DNA from: a virus
Taxonomy: Duplodnaviria; Caudoviricetes
Reading direction: 5' to 3' (one strand)
DNA length: 29,868 nucleotides
IMG/VR virus record: IMGVR_UViG_3300020044_001227
Coordinates: 1 to 29,868 of that record
Shown here piece by piece: positions 9,112-17,636 of the stretch (positions are counted from its first letter, which is position 1; every line of letters begins with the position of its first letter). The notes beneath the pieces are model-generated. The model searched no databases. It had not been told where the DNA came from and was given only the letters and a program-made list of their open reading frames with translations. Both the position numbers and the translations under genes were made by a program.

Positions 9112-12100
9112 TTACGTATTGGTCGGGGTCCACCCCGGCGTTTGAGTGGCGTCGATGTTGGCCCACGTTGGCGACTGTGCGTTGCTCACATTTTGCCAGT
9201 TTGGCGTTTGGCTGTCATCAATCAAGTTCCAAAGGTACAGGGCGCTGAATAAATCCAGCGCGGCGATGTTTTCTGAAACAGCCGTATTGAACACGGAGCC
9301 GAGGAACGCAACGCGGTCTAGGCTAGACGCAGACTCCAACAGAGCGGCGATAAACACTGCGGTGCTGGTTGCGGCGTCGATACCGCTGGCTGTTTCAGAT
9401 ACGGTGCTACCGAGAGGGGCTAGGGCTGAAGAAGCATCAACACCGCTTGAAGACTCGGCCACTGCACGTTGAAAGGCAGCAAATGCTGAAGCGGTGTCTA
9501 CCCCACTAGCAGACTCCGTGACCGCGCTGATAGAAAGACGGACGGACGAAGCTGCATCAACACCGCTTGCGGTTTCTGCAACAGACGCAGCGTATGTAGC
9601 CAAAAGGGTTGACAGAATAGTGTCAACACCGCTTGCGGTTTCTGCAACAGACGCAGCGTAGACAGGCGAAAGGATGGACGAAACCGCGTCAACACCGCTT
9701 GCGGATTCCGAAACAGAAGACGCATATACGGTTCCAGAAGTGATGCCGTTTATGAAGCTGATCGCCAAAAAGTCAATGCCGCCACCGGCAGTAAAACTCA
9801 ACCCAGTGTTGTTGCCGCCGTCGGTGGAATTTGCACCTACGTTCCACGCCCCCGATTTTCTTAAAGTTGCCTGAACGATACTCGTTGACCCGAGCGTACA
9901 GGTTCTGCCAGACTCACCGGTCAAGTTAAATGCGGTGAACTCGTTGGTTGTGCCACCAGTAAACAGTACGGTTGTTGCGCCTGTTGCGCTGTACGTGTTG
10001 GTTATGTTCGCAAACGTGTTGGAGCCAACAAAAGTTAATTGCCCAGAACCGCCTTGATTCACCGTAGTATTTGCGTATCCGGTCAACCCAGTGCTGTTAA
10101 AAGTTTTGTTGGAAGCGCTTGTCATGCTGATTGTGGCGCTTCCTGTCAAAGTGAGATTGGTTGGGCTTAAGTTCCATGCGTTTGCACCGTTTGCAGGAAT
10201 TGTCCAAGTGCCAGACCCCATGGCAAGCGTTTTTGTGCCAGTGCCGCTGGTATTAACGCTTGAAGTGAGAGTTGTAGTGGTTACGTTAAAGCCATTCGCA
10301 TTGAATGTCCCACTGGTTAGCGTTATAAACGTCCCCGTAAAAGCGTCCTGAAGCGTTACGGAAGATGAGGACGAAACAACTATGTTGCCAAAATTTTTCC
10401 CCCCACTGGTAATTGTTTGGGGAGAGGCACCCCTAAAGCTCGGCGCACCAGTGATGGTGGTTCCAGACCCACTGACCCAGTTGCCATACATTTCGCAAGT
10501 GGCGTTGGCGACACTGATCGTCATGGCACTGGTTCTTGCCGACATATCAATCGTGCCAATGTTGCACAAGCTAAACGTGATAATGCCGGTCACCGATCCG
10601 GTGTTGTCAAAAACACAGGTGTCTTGCGCCAGTGGTTGATTGGCCAAGCTGGGTGTGCCCCCGCTGGTAAGTGCCCAGCCTGCTGCAAAGACCGTTTGCG
10701 CTCCAGCCAAGTTCCAGTAAACCGTTTTGGGCGTGTCAAACGTGATGGACGTGTTGCCGCCGCAGTCCCCAAAGCTGGTGCCCGACCATGGGGCAGAGGC
10801 ACCGGCAGCGGTAATGTTGCGAAAATCCACGTTTGATTTTGTGGTCCAAGTGCCAATCGTTAAAGTTCGCGCCACCCCAATTGGGCTGGAGTACAGACCC
10901 ATGCGTCTTTGAAGACTGCCTCCAGCGCAAACAAAAGTGGTTATGGTTTGGTTGGCAAGAAACTCAACCCGCTTAACCCCGACGGCTGTAGCACTGCCGA
11001 TTGTCAGTGTATTAAAAGAGTTTGCGTCATTGAATAAAAGACTCGCGCTTGTAACGCTAGTTCCTGTAAATGAAACATTATGGTACGACAGCCCACCTCC
11101 GAAAAATGATATGCCGTTGTTAGTAAAAACTAAATTGTACGTGCCGGTTAAAGTTAAGTTAGTGGAGTTGATACTCCAAGCAGCGGTAGCATCCAAAGTA
11201 ACAGTGGAGGAATTAAAATTGATCGTCCGCACATTAGTGGTGGTTGATGTAAACGCAAGTGCCGAAATTGAATAGTTGCTGGCGCTTGTCGTGAAATTTC
11301 CAGAAATAACATCAATTGCAGTTAAGCTTAGCGCACTCCCTAGAGTAACGGTCCCGCCTGCTGTATCACAAGTCAAATTAACGATTTGCTGAGTATTGGT
11401 GGTAAGGGTGCCAGAGTCCTTAAAAATTACATCAAAGCCGGTGTAAACCCCGACGCTTCCAAGCGTTATGTCCCCGTACATATTAACGCTGCCGCCAGAA
11501 ACATTACCGGTGGCTCCAGCTAAATTTAAATTTTTCAGTGAACTTCCGGCTGTTATTCCAAATGCACCCGCACCAGAAGTAACAGTAAAATTCAGCGCTG
11601 CGGCACTACTTGCGCCACTACTGCTTCCAATGTTTATGCTTGAGGAAGTATTGTTAACACGGGTAAATCCGCCAGTCCCAGACCACGTAAAGTTGGTGGT
11701 GGTCCCCATGCTTATGATGACGGCAGAAGCGGTGGTGCTGGTCAACGCAATGTTGGAGCTGCCAAATGCAATGGAGCGAGTATTGGTGGCAGAAGAGACA
11801 AATGTCCCAGTGCTGGCGGTGAATCCGTTAAGGTCCAAAGTGCCTCGGGTCAGCGTGGTTGAGTTTGTTACGGTCAGAGCGTCACCAAGCGTGTAAGTCG
11901 CGCCTGTGCCTGTAAAACTTAAAGCGCCAAGAGCTTTGCCTGCACAGATGATGGTCGCTGTAGCATTGAGGGTAATACCCCCTGTGTAGGTGTACGTCAT
12001 CCCTGAGGCAAGCGTGACGTTGCCAGAAACCGTTATACCGATGATTCCTGACAATGTTCCGGTGAATCCGGTGCAGTTGATTGACCGCGCCCCAGTGTTG

Positions 12101-12267
12101 CCTGTTGAGATTAAGCAATTGACGGCCCCAGATGCCGCATCAAAAAACACATCATCAGCACTGGTGGGTATAGCCGCGCCGCCAGCACCACCAGACGTGG
12201 TCGCCCATTTGGTTCCAGCAGTGCCGTCCCAGTTGGCCGTGCCCCCAACCCAGAATCTGTCCGCCAT
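9112..12267 (-). CDS. Large tail fibre/spike or adhesin-like virion protein
   Basis: 1051 aa, T/S/G/N-rich beta-solenoid-like sequence (LTRGTLDLNG, LTSGTFNANG). Internal duplication, and C-terminal 20-22 aa repeats plus Trp repeats. Confidence 0.7.
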   Translation of the reverse strand: MADRFWVGGTANWDGTAGTKWATTSGGAGGAAIPTSADDVFFDAASGAVNCLISTGNTGARSINCTGFTGTLSGIIGITVSGNVTLASGMTYTYTGGITLNATATIICAGKALGALSFTGTGATYTLGDALTVTNSTTLTRGTLDLNGFTASTGTFVSSATNTRSIAFGSSNIALTSTTASAVIISMGTTTNFTWSGTGGFTRVNNTSSSINIGSSSGASSAAALNFTVTSGAGAFGITAGSSLKNLNLAGATGNVSGGSVNMYGDITLGSVGVYTGFDVIFKDSGTLTTNTQQIVNLTCDTAGGTVTLGSALSLTAIDVISGNFTTSASNYSISALAFTSTTTNVRTINFNSSTVTLDATAAWSINSTNLTLTGTYNLVFTNNGISFFGGGLSYHNVSFTGTSVTSASLLFNDANSFNTLTIGSATAVGVKRVEFLANQTITTFVCAGGSLQRRMGLYSSPIGVARTLTIGTWTTKSNVDFRNITAAGASAPWSGTSFGDCGGNTSITFDTPKTVYWNLAGAQTVFAAGWALTSGGTPSLANQPLAQDTCVFDNTGSVTGIITFSLCNIGTIDMSARTSAMTISVANATCEMYGNWVSGSGTTITGAPSFRGASPQTITSGGKNFGNIVVSSSSSVTLQDAFTGTFITLTSGTFNANGFNVTTTTLTSSVNTSGTGTKTLAMGSGTWTIPANGANAWNLSPTNLTLTGSATISMTSASNKTFNSTGLTGYANTTVNQGGSGQLTFVGSNTFANITNTYSATGATTVLFTGGTTNEFTAFNLTGESGRTCTLGSTSIVQATLRKSGAWNVGANSTDGGNNTGLSFTAGGGIDFLAISFINGITSGTVYASSVSESASGVDAVSSILSPVYAASVAETASGVDTILSTLLATYAASVAETASGVDAASSVRLSISAVTESASGVDTASAFAAFQRAVAESSSGVDASSALAPLGSTVSETASGIDAATSTAVFIAALLESASSLDRVAFLGSVFNTAVSENIAALDLFSALYLWNLIDDSQTPNWQNVSNAQSPTWANIDATQTPGWTPTNT
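9250..9735. repeat. About 8 tandem 60-66 bp coding repeats (V-x-E-[ST]-A-S-G-V-D)
   Basis: Includes an exact 38-bp direct repeat at 9557-9594 and 9623-9660 (period 66 bp). Confidence 0.85.
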
Positions 12268-12450
12268 TTAAGCCTCCTCGATTGCTTGAGTTTCGTCGGT
12301 TGGCGGCGACTCAATGATGGCAATCCAGTTGTCCACCCGCGCCTGCTTCATCGCTTCGATTTCAGCTTCCGTGAAGGTGTGCCCGTCGTCCAAATGCAAG
12401 GCGTCACGAAACAGGCCGTGCTGAGTGTGGAATTCAAAAACAATAACCAT
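12268..12450 (-). CDS. Small hypothetical protein, possible fibre accessory
   Basis: 60 aa acidic protein with GGAG RBS, abutting the fibre start. Confidence 0.7.
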   Translation of the reverse strand: MVIVFEFHTQHGLFRDALHLDDGHTFTEAEIEAMKQARVDNWIAIIESPPTDETQAIEEA

Positions 12451-12461
12451 GTCAAATCTCC

Positions 12462-12490
12462 AAGTAAAAACACCTGCCGGAGCAGGTGTC
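12462..12490 (-). terminator. Rho-independent terminator
   Basis: Minus strand ACACCTGC-TCCG-GCAGGTGT followed by TTTTACTT, in an intergenic gap. Confidence 0.7.
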
Positions 12491-12508
12491 TGTGAGCCCG
12501 CCTAGCTG

Positions 12509-12688
12509 TTAGGCCGCTGCCAGCTGGTCTTCTTCAAACCAGCGCTGGGTAACGTCGCCCTCAGCGTCAGTCCACTCGACAAGATACGAGACGTTGCCGT
12601 CTTCGTCCATGCGCAGGGCTTGAACTGGGCCTTCTGGAGTGACCGAAACGAGTTTGACGGTATCGCCTTTTGCAAACTTGGTTGCCAT
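12509..12688 (-). CDS. Small hypothetical protein, YodC/SH3-like pattern
   Basis: Below the ORF-track cutoff. Hand translation, 59 aa: MATKFAKGDTVKLVSVTPEGPVQALRMDEDGNVSYLVEWTDAEGDVTQRWFEEDQLAAA. AGGAG RBS, fills the gap exactly. Confidence 0.75.
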   Translation of the reverse strand: MATKFAKGDTVKLVSVTPEGPVQALRMDEDGNVSYLVEWTDAEGDVTQRWFEEDQLAAA

Positions 12689-12702
12689 GATTGATCTCCT
12701 GA

Positions 12703-13284
12703 TTAAGTCGCGGTCAAGCTGAATGTGTAGGTCACGTTCAAGGTGTCCCCCGATGTCACCGCCCGGTCGCCGGGAGCTTGGAAGTCAGAAGCCGAGAACA
12801 AGATACCGGTAGTACCGCTCTTGGTGTTGTTGCTGATCAAAAACGCACCACCCACAGTGGCGGTAGCGTTGATCGTAAACGAGGCGGGAGAGGCGGAGTT
12901 TGTTTGCACCGAGGGGTTGGCCGTAGTAGCCGTGCCAAACGTGGCTGCTGGGCGTGTGGCGTTGCTGTACGGCACCACTTCAGTCCAGCCAGCGTGCGAT
13001 GCGGCGGTATCACCGGCAGCGGGGGTGTTGGACGCGCCCGCACCGTACAAGCCAATGAACCAAGCGGCAGTGTACGAAGCACCCTTGAAGTACTTGTCGT
13101 TCATGTCTTGCAGGCCGACGTTCACCACCAAGTTGTGCGAGCTCGACTCCCACTTCAAGTTGCCGTCTTTGTCAAAGCACTGCATTGTGTACACACCTGC
13201 CGCGCCCGCGCCGTCGGTGACAGGTTTTGCCGTTGCCAGAGCTGAAGCTACGATATCAGTAGACTGAGCGAGTTCGTTGGACAT
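12703..13284 (-). CDS. Virion structural protein (tail/fibre base)
   Basis: Start reassigned to MSNELAQ (ATG 13284, AAGGA RBS). NLVVNVG...GDTLNVTYTFSL pattern is typical of phage tail beta-sandwich proteins. Confidence 0.65.
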   Translation of the reverse strand: MSNELAQSTDIVASALATAKPVTDGAGAAGVYTMQCFDKDGNLKWESSSHNLVVNVGLQDMNDKYFKGASYTAAWFIGLYGAGASNTPAAGDTAASHAGWTEVVPYSNATRPAATFGTATTANPSVQTNSASPASFTINATATVGGAFLISNNTKSGTTGILFSASDFQAPGDRAVTSGDTLNVTYTFSLTAT

Positions 13285-13294
13285 GTTGGGTTCC

Positions 13295-13720
13295 TTAAGA
13301 AATCCGAATGATCGCAGATGTATTCGACACTGCTGGAAATTGTACGGTAAACGTAGTGGATGAGGACTTGTCGCTACCAAAATCCAAAACGCACACAGCG
13401 GGGTCCCCGCCGCCGCTTTGATAGATCAAAGCACCGCGAGCCGTGATCGCACCAGTCCACGAGGTGTTGTTAAACGAGACATACACCGTCGTGCCCGAGC
13501 CACCCGTTGTGGGCACCTGAGTTACGGTCAGCGCCTCACCGCCAGCTGTGTACCCCGCCGCTACAACTTCCCCCGTGGTGGTGTAAGCCGCAGTAGTTGC
13601 GTCAAGCGTTGCGTTGTTCGTGTACAAGGCAATCTTGAACGCGCCGGACGTAAAGTTGAACGTCCCGTTCATCATGCCCGTTTTGAACGAATTGCACGAA
13701 TAGTTTCCTGTGAAAGCCAT
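13295..13720 (-). CDS. Virion structural protein
   Basis: 141 aa, FKIALYT...GYTAGG...ITARGALIY...VLDFGSDK. Confidence 0.65.
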   Translation of the reverse strand: MAFTGNYSCNSFKTGMMNGTFNFTSGAFKIALYTNNATLDATTAAYTTTGEVVAAGYTAGGEALTVTQVPTTGGSGTTVYVSFNNTSWTGAITARGALIYQSGGGDPAVCVLDFGSDKSSSTTFTVQFPAVSNTSAIIRIS

Positions 13721-14415
13721 CAGGTTACCGCCTGTCTGTATTGGCCAGACCTGTACGCATCCTGACGCTCCATACCATCGGCCAGACGTTTGGCCAGAGC
13801 CAGCGCTTCTTTGTACTTGCCGTCATAAACTGCAAGCAGGTCAGTCTCACCCTTCATGAAGGTGTACGCCTCAACCAAACACCCATACAGCAGCACGGTG
13901 TCAAAGTTGTCCCCCAACCATGTGTTGCCCGCTGTCACGATGGACTCAGGGTAGTAGTAGTAGTGCAGCTCGATGGCGTAGTTTGTATCTGGCTTAGGCC
14001 CGAGAATAAACGACAACTCAGTTGAAATGACACCGCCTGTTACCGTGGGGCCAAACAACGCGTAATACTTGGGCACACCCGCGCTGGAGGGGTTGGGGTA
14101 CGCTTCCCGGATGAAGTTCACATCCTTGTTCAGCAAGTACACGTAGTTGCCAGAGGCATCCACAACCGCTAAGGAATACACCGCCAAAAAGTCTGTGGGT
14201 GAAGACAAGTACGGCGTAGCCGAAGACACTGAGCCTGTCACGTTCTTGCGGACCGCTGGAAACTGCATCGAGTTGTAGATGCGCTGCTCCGCCTGCTTGA
14301 TGATGGTGTCGATCTGCGCCGTAAAAGCCACAGTCGAGCCATCGGCCAAGAACACCGACGGAAATTGGTTTTCCGTGTAGGTCTGGATAGAGCTAAACAA
14401 CTCGGTATAGTTCAT
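13720..14415 (-). CDS. Head-tail adaptor / tail tubular protein A-like
   Basis: 231 aa, MNYTEL...IKQAEQRIY...GVPKYYA...LGPKPD...LLYGCLVEAYTFMKG. This helix/beta/helix layout matches podovirus adaptors. Confidence 0.65.
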   Translation of the reverse strand: MNYTELFSSIQTYTENQFPSVFLADGSTVAFTAQIDTIIKQAEQRIYNSMQFPAVRKNVTGSVSSATPYLSSPTDFLAVYSLAVVDASGNYVYLLNKDVNFIREAYPNPSSAGVPKYYALFGPTVTGGVISTELSFILGPKPDTNYAIELHYYYYPESIVTAGNTWLGDNFDTVLLYGCLVEAYTFMKGETDLLAVYDGKYKEALALAKRLADGMERQDAYRSGQYRQAVT

Positions 14416-14693
14416 GCCATCGGGCCTCGGGACATCACGCCTTTAGTGGCCGCGCCTACGCCACGCATCTTGATCCCGCTGGTTTTGATCGGCTCATCGC
14501 CAGCAGACTTGCTCAAGTGGCCAACGCTGGGGTCCAACGTGTCGAGCTTGCTGCGGTTTGGGGGAAAACCGGGGTTTGTGCCGAACTCTGCGGGAGCTTT
14601 AGTCATTGTTTTTCCGTCCATAGTGTGGGGCATAGCATAGACGCTGGCATTGCCAACTTCTTTACCCATCATTTTTTGGCTGTATTTGGCCAT
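14412..14693 (-). CDS. Small basic hypothetical protein
   Basis: Start reassigned to MAKYSQK (ATG 14693, GAGG RBS). 93 aa, ends IKMRGVGAATKGVMSRGPMA. Confidence 0.7.
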   Translation of the reverse strand: MAKYSQKMMGKEVGNASVYAMPHTMDGKTMTKAPAEFGTNPGFPPNRSKLDTLDPSVGHLSKSAGDEPIKTSGIKMRGVGAATKGVMSRGPMA

Positions 14694-14700
14694 GATGACC

Positions 14701-14883
14701 TCACTTCTGGTTGTTGGCGCGAGCCATGTTGCGGCCAACGGCACGCATTTGTTGGCCAGTAGGACCACCTTTGCCACCTTTGCCCCCACGAGGGTTGGGC
14801 GCGGTAGGGCCGTCGCTGGCCATGACTTTGGCGTGTGTTTTGCCTTTGGAGGCAATGCCGTCTGCTGCTGATTTGTACGCCAT
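14701..14883 (-). CDS. Small basic hypothetical protein
   Basis: 60 aa with AAGGAG RBS. Contains ADGIASKGKT and GGKGGKGG. Confidence 0.75.
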   Translation of the reverse strand: MAYKSAADGIASKGKTHAKVMASDGPTAPNPRGGKGGKGGPTGQQMRAVGRNMARANNQK

Positions 14884-14892
14884 GATGGCTCC

Positions 14893-15282
14893 TTATGTGG
14901 TCACTACCGTGACTGTACCAATTTGCACGCTCATTGCCAAGTTATTCGGCGTCAGAGCTGCATCGAAACCACTGGAGCCGCCAACCGGATTCCAGCCCCA
15001 TTGAAAGATTCGACTACCTTCACCCAGAGAACCATCGGACGTAAGCCCGGAAGTCACATAGCTGCGATCGGGGCGTGGGTTGCGCAAACCCTGCGGATCA
15101 TCAACCGGGTACATACCCAGTTGAAGTTGTGGATGGTCAGGGTCCCAACACTCGTGGCAGACCAAGAGGTTGTAGTTCTTGGTCTTGATGATCTCCATAC
15201 GCAGTTGCGTGAGCTTATACCGCTGGCCACAACGGTCGCACTCTGCAATCGCGTTTTTGCCGGAGGCAAAGCGGTTACCCAT
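14893..15282 (-). CDS. Zinc-ribbon (CxxC...CxxC) hypothetical protein
   Basis: CDRCG...VCHECWDPDHPQ. Coupled to the upstream adaptor stop (TAATG). Confidence 0.75.
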   Translation of the reverse strand: MGNRFASGKNAIAECDRCGQRYKLTQLRMEIIKTKNYNLLVCHECWDPDHPQLQLGMYPVDDPQGLRNPRPDRSYVTSGLTSDGSLGEGSRIFQWGWNPVGGSSGFDAALTPNNLAMSVQIGTVTVVTT

Positions 15283-15983
15283 TAAAAGGTACCCCCAATG
15301 TACTGCTGCCGCGGCACAAAACGCACAGAAGCTTTTTCCCGGTCTTCATCCGAGGCCAGCTGCCATGCTTCGTCGTATTGTTGCTTGAGCATACCCAGTC
15401 GCTCACCGCCGTTAGGAAGCTTCAACGCCAAGTGGTAGGCCAAGCCCGCCACCATAGCGGGAATAAACCGAAACGGCATGTCCATTGTGTTGACACCATC
15501 CCCAGCGTTTTGGATGCGGCGCAGTCTCCAGTACACGAACGTGTATGGCTGTGAGTTGTCAGGCACGGGCCAGACGGTGATTCTTGGGGCGTCAGTCAAG
15601 CGTTCGATCCACACTTGGATCGGGCGGGCTTGTTGCAGTTTGTTGGGTAACGTAGCATACGTAGAAACACTGATACGTGTGATCGTAAGGTCTGCTTGCG
15701 TAGCTGCATTACCCGCGCCTGTGCGGATGACATGCTCTAAAAGATCGACTGTGTCGGCGGGGAGGTTGTATGTCGCCGTACCGGGCACCAGCGCAATGCT
15801 GCCTTGCTCGTACGTAAACATGTTCAAACCCTTGTTTGCCCACTCGGCAAACATAATGTTCAGCGAACGTCGAGCGGTCCTCAAGTCATAACCTGTGCGC
15901 AGCTCCGAACCCGCACGCTCGAACGCTTCCTCTACGATCTCCGAGAGGTCCATGTTGAATGTAGCGACGCCGGAGGTGGCCAT
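15282..15983 (-). CDS. Head-tail adaptor/connector-like protein
   Basis: 233 aa, IVEEAFERAG...ARRSLN...YNLPAD...ITVWPVPD...LAYHLA. Same overall layout as 13720-14415. Confidence 0.65.
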   Translation of the reverse strand: MATSGVATFNMDLSEIVEEAFERAGSELRTGYDLRTARRSLNIMFAEWANKGLNMFTYEQGSIALVPGTATYNLPADTVDLLEHVIRTGAGNAATQADLTITRISVSTYATLPNKLQQARPIQVWIERLTDAPRITVWPVPDNSQPYTFVYWRLRRIQNAGDGVNTMDMPFRFIPAMVAGLAYHLALKLPNGGERLGMLKQQYDEAWQLASDEDREKASVRFVPRQQYIGGTF

Positions 15984-15986
15984 AGA

Positions 15987-16166
15987 TTACTTCTTCGCGG
16001 TAGAGGTTTTTTTAGCCACCGGAGCTTCTTCAACCACTGCGTCTGGGACCAGCAAGGATTCCACTTCATCAATCAGGGCTTGGACATCCGCATCCACGTA
16101 ACCCAATGCAGCAATTTGCTGGCGTGCAGTCATTTGAGCGCACATCAAAACGGTATCGAGGTTCAT
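15987..16166 (-). CDS. Small hypothetical protein
   Basis: Below the ORF-track cutoff. Hand translation, 59 aa: MNLDTVLMCAQMTARQQIAALGYVDADVQALIDEVESLLVPDAVVEEAPVAKKTSTAKK. AAGGA RBS, fills the gap. Confidence 0.65.
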   Translation of the reverse strand: MNLDTVLMCAQMTARQQIAALGYVDADVQALIDEVESLLVPDAVVEEAPVAKKTSTAKK

Positions 16167-16180
16167 TTTGGTTCCTTTGA

Positions 16181-16414
16181 CTATCTGTATTTTGCTGTTT
16201 TAGCCGCTACCTTGGGCGGCTGTTTTACGAATTGTTTCCCGGCTTTTTTGCCAGCACGCTTCGCACGCGTTGTAGCAGCGTACTCAGCAGGGCTGAGACT
16301 TTTAATCGCAGCTTCTGGAAGGTATCGCTCACCTGTTTTACTAGACGGTTTCCCACTTTTGGTTCTCCATTTCTGGTCGCCCCAATCCTTGAGTGATTGC
16401 TGCGGCGCTTTCAT
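16181..16414 (-). CDS. Small basic phage protein
   Basis: Start reassigned to MKAPQQSLKDW (ATG 16414, 1 bp after the upstream stop). 77 aa, K-rich, QKWRTKSGK...GERYLP. Confidence 0.75.
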   Translation of the reverse strand: MKAPQQSLKDWGDQKWRTKSGKPSSKTGERYLPEAAIKSLSPAEYAATTRAKRAGKKAGKQFVKQPPKVAAKTAKYR

Positions 16415-16415
16415 G

Positions 16416-16691
16416 TCAGTCCCTGTACCCGCCGCCAGCGGCTTTGTACTTCTTGGCCACAAGCTGTGCTTTACGGGCTGACCACTGCCCTGCTCCAGTG
16501 CCTTGCGTAGCCGCAGCTTTAACTTGGCTCACAATCCTCTTACGAAGACTGGGCTTGGTGTAGTTGCCCGCCGCATTGACTTTACCACCCTCAGCGTATT
16601 GTGCGAAGTCGGTATCGTCCCTGCGGGCCGTCTTCTTGGCCTTGGGCATTTTGCTGGGGGCTACGGCCCCCATACCCCGGCTGGCCATCAT
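16416..16691 (-). CDS. Small basic phage protein
   Basis: Start reassigned to MMASRGMG (ATG 16691). 91 aa, YAEGG...NYTKP...GQWSARKAQL...YKAAGGGYRD. Confidence 0.75.
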   Translation of the reverse strand: MMASRGMGAVAPSKMPKAKKTARRDDTDFAQYAEGGKVNAAGNYTKPSLRKRIVSQVKAAATQGTGAGQWSARKAQLVAKKYKAAGGGYRD

Positions 16692-16692
16692 G

Positions 16693-16968
16693 TCAGCACA
16701 TCTTGCCACGGGTTTTACCCCGGGACGCGATGCCATCAGCGCGGACGGAAGCGGTACCGCCGTTCGCCATTTTCTTGGGTTTGCGTGCAGACCCACCGTC
16801 GATATCTTGGGGGACAGGCATACCTTCACGAAACACCGAGTCTTTGGGCACAGGCTTTTTTGGCGCAGGCTTAGGCGCGGGTTTCTTTGAGGGGGGCGCA
16901 CCTTCTGGGTCAGTAGGTGGTTGGCCCATTTCAGCGGTATAGATACCGCCGTCTTTGTATTTCTTCAT
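16693..16968 (-). CDS. Small basic P/K-rich protein
   Basis: 91 aa, MKKYKDGG...MANGG...RADGIASRGKTRGKMC. Confidence 0.75.
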   Translation of the reverse strand: MKKYKDGGIYTAEMGQPPTDPEGAPPSKKPAPKPAPKKPVPKDSVFREGMPVPQDIDGGSARKPKKMANGGTASVRADGIASRGKTRGKMC

Positions 16969-16978
16969 AGCCTACCCC

Positions 16979-17404
16979 TTAGCAGGTTTTGCCACCACCG
17001 GCCATGGTAACCATCATGCCCTTGGTTTTACCCTTGGTCGCACATCCGTCTGCGCGGGCGGAGGCTGAGCCACCCTTGGCCAGCTTGGTCATGGGTTCAC
17101 CTTTGTGCAAACGACCTTCGTGTTTGTTCACGGCCTTCTGCATCATGCCTTTGTCCATCTTCGCGTCTTCGTGTTTCATAATTCCACCTTCTTTAAAAAG
17201 CGCCGCGTTGCCGTGGTCGGTTTTGGGTTTGTTAATACCCTGTCGGTCAGGGCGGGTACGTACGCTAGACCGGAGTTTCAAAGCCTTGTCTGCCTTAGAA
17301 AAGTCTTTGCCAACCGATTGTGGCACACCTACCTTCTTTGCGAAAGTGGAGTTGTGTGCAACAGCGTCCATAAAATCCGCTTGTTTTTTACTGCTGGACG
17401 GCAT
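16979..17404 (-). CDS. Basic hypothetical protein
   Basis: MPSSSKKQADFMDAVAHN... Start at 17404, or 17410. Contains FKEGG, LAKGG, RADGCATKGKTKG and MAGGGKTC. Confidence 0.75.
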   Translation of the reverse strand: MPSSSKKQADFMDAVAHNSTFAKKVGVPQSVGKDFSKADKALKLRSSVRTRPDRQGINKPKTDHGNAALFKEGGIMKHEDAKMDKGMMQKAVNKHEGRLHKGEPMTKLAKGGSASARADGCATKGKTKGMMVTMAGGGKTC

Positions 17405-17633
17405 TGCCATTCCTCAGATTGTCGATTTTTCGCTCCAACCGGTCAAACCGGTCGAGCAACTGCTGCATGTCGGCCCGGAACTCCGCACGCGTGATGTGGT
17501 CACGCGCCACTTCTTCCCGAGTCCTGTTGAGAAGGATGCTCAGGCGAGATATCTCATCGAACTTACCCTTGAGCAAGAACCCCATGAGAGCCACGATTGC
17601 GCTGAGCGCCACGTTCCATAACATCATCTCCAT
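17388..17633 (-). CDS. Small protein with N-terminal TM helix and coiled coil
   Basis: 81 aa. Hydrophobic LWNVALSAIVALMGFLL followed by heptads (LLDRFDRLERKIDNL). Confidence 0.7.
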   Translation of the reverse strand: MEMMLWNVALSAIVALMGFLLKGKFDEISRLSILLNRTREEVARDHITRAEFRADMQQLLDRFDRLERKIDNLRNGNAVQQ

Positions 17634-17636
17634 GAC

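Noticed and set aside
9557-9725. 38-bp direct repeats with 28-bp gaps resembling a mini CRISPR array or DGR VR/TR pair
   Set aside because: The period is a multiple of 3 within a coding repeat that decays gradually. No cas or reverse transcriptase gene, and no adenine-specific mismatches were noticed.
14701-17404. GKT in ADGIASKGKT as a Walker A P-loop
   Set aside because: The proteins are tiny and low-complexity, with no preceding beta strand or Walker B. Treated as a peptide module instead.
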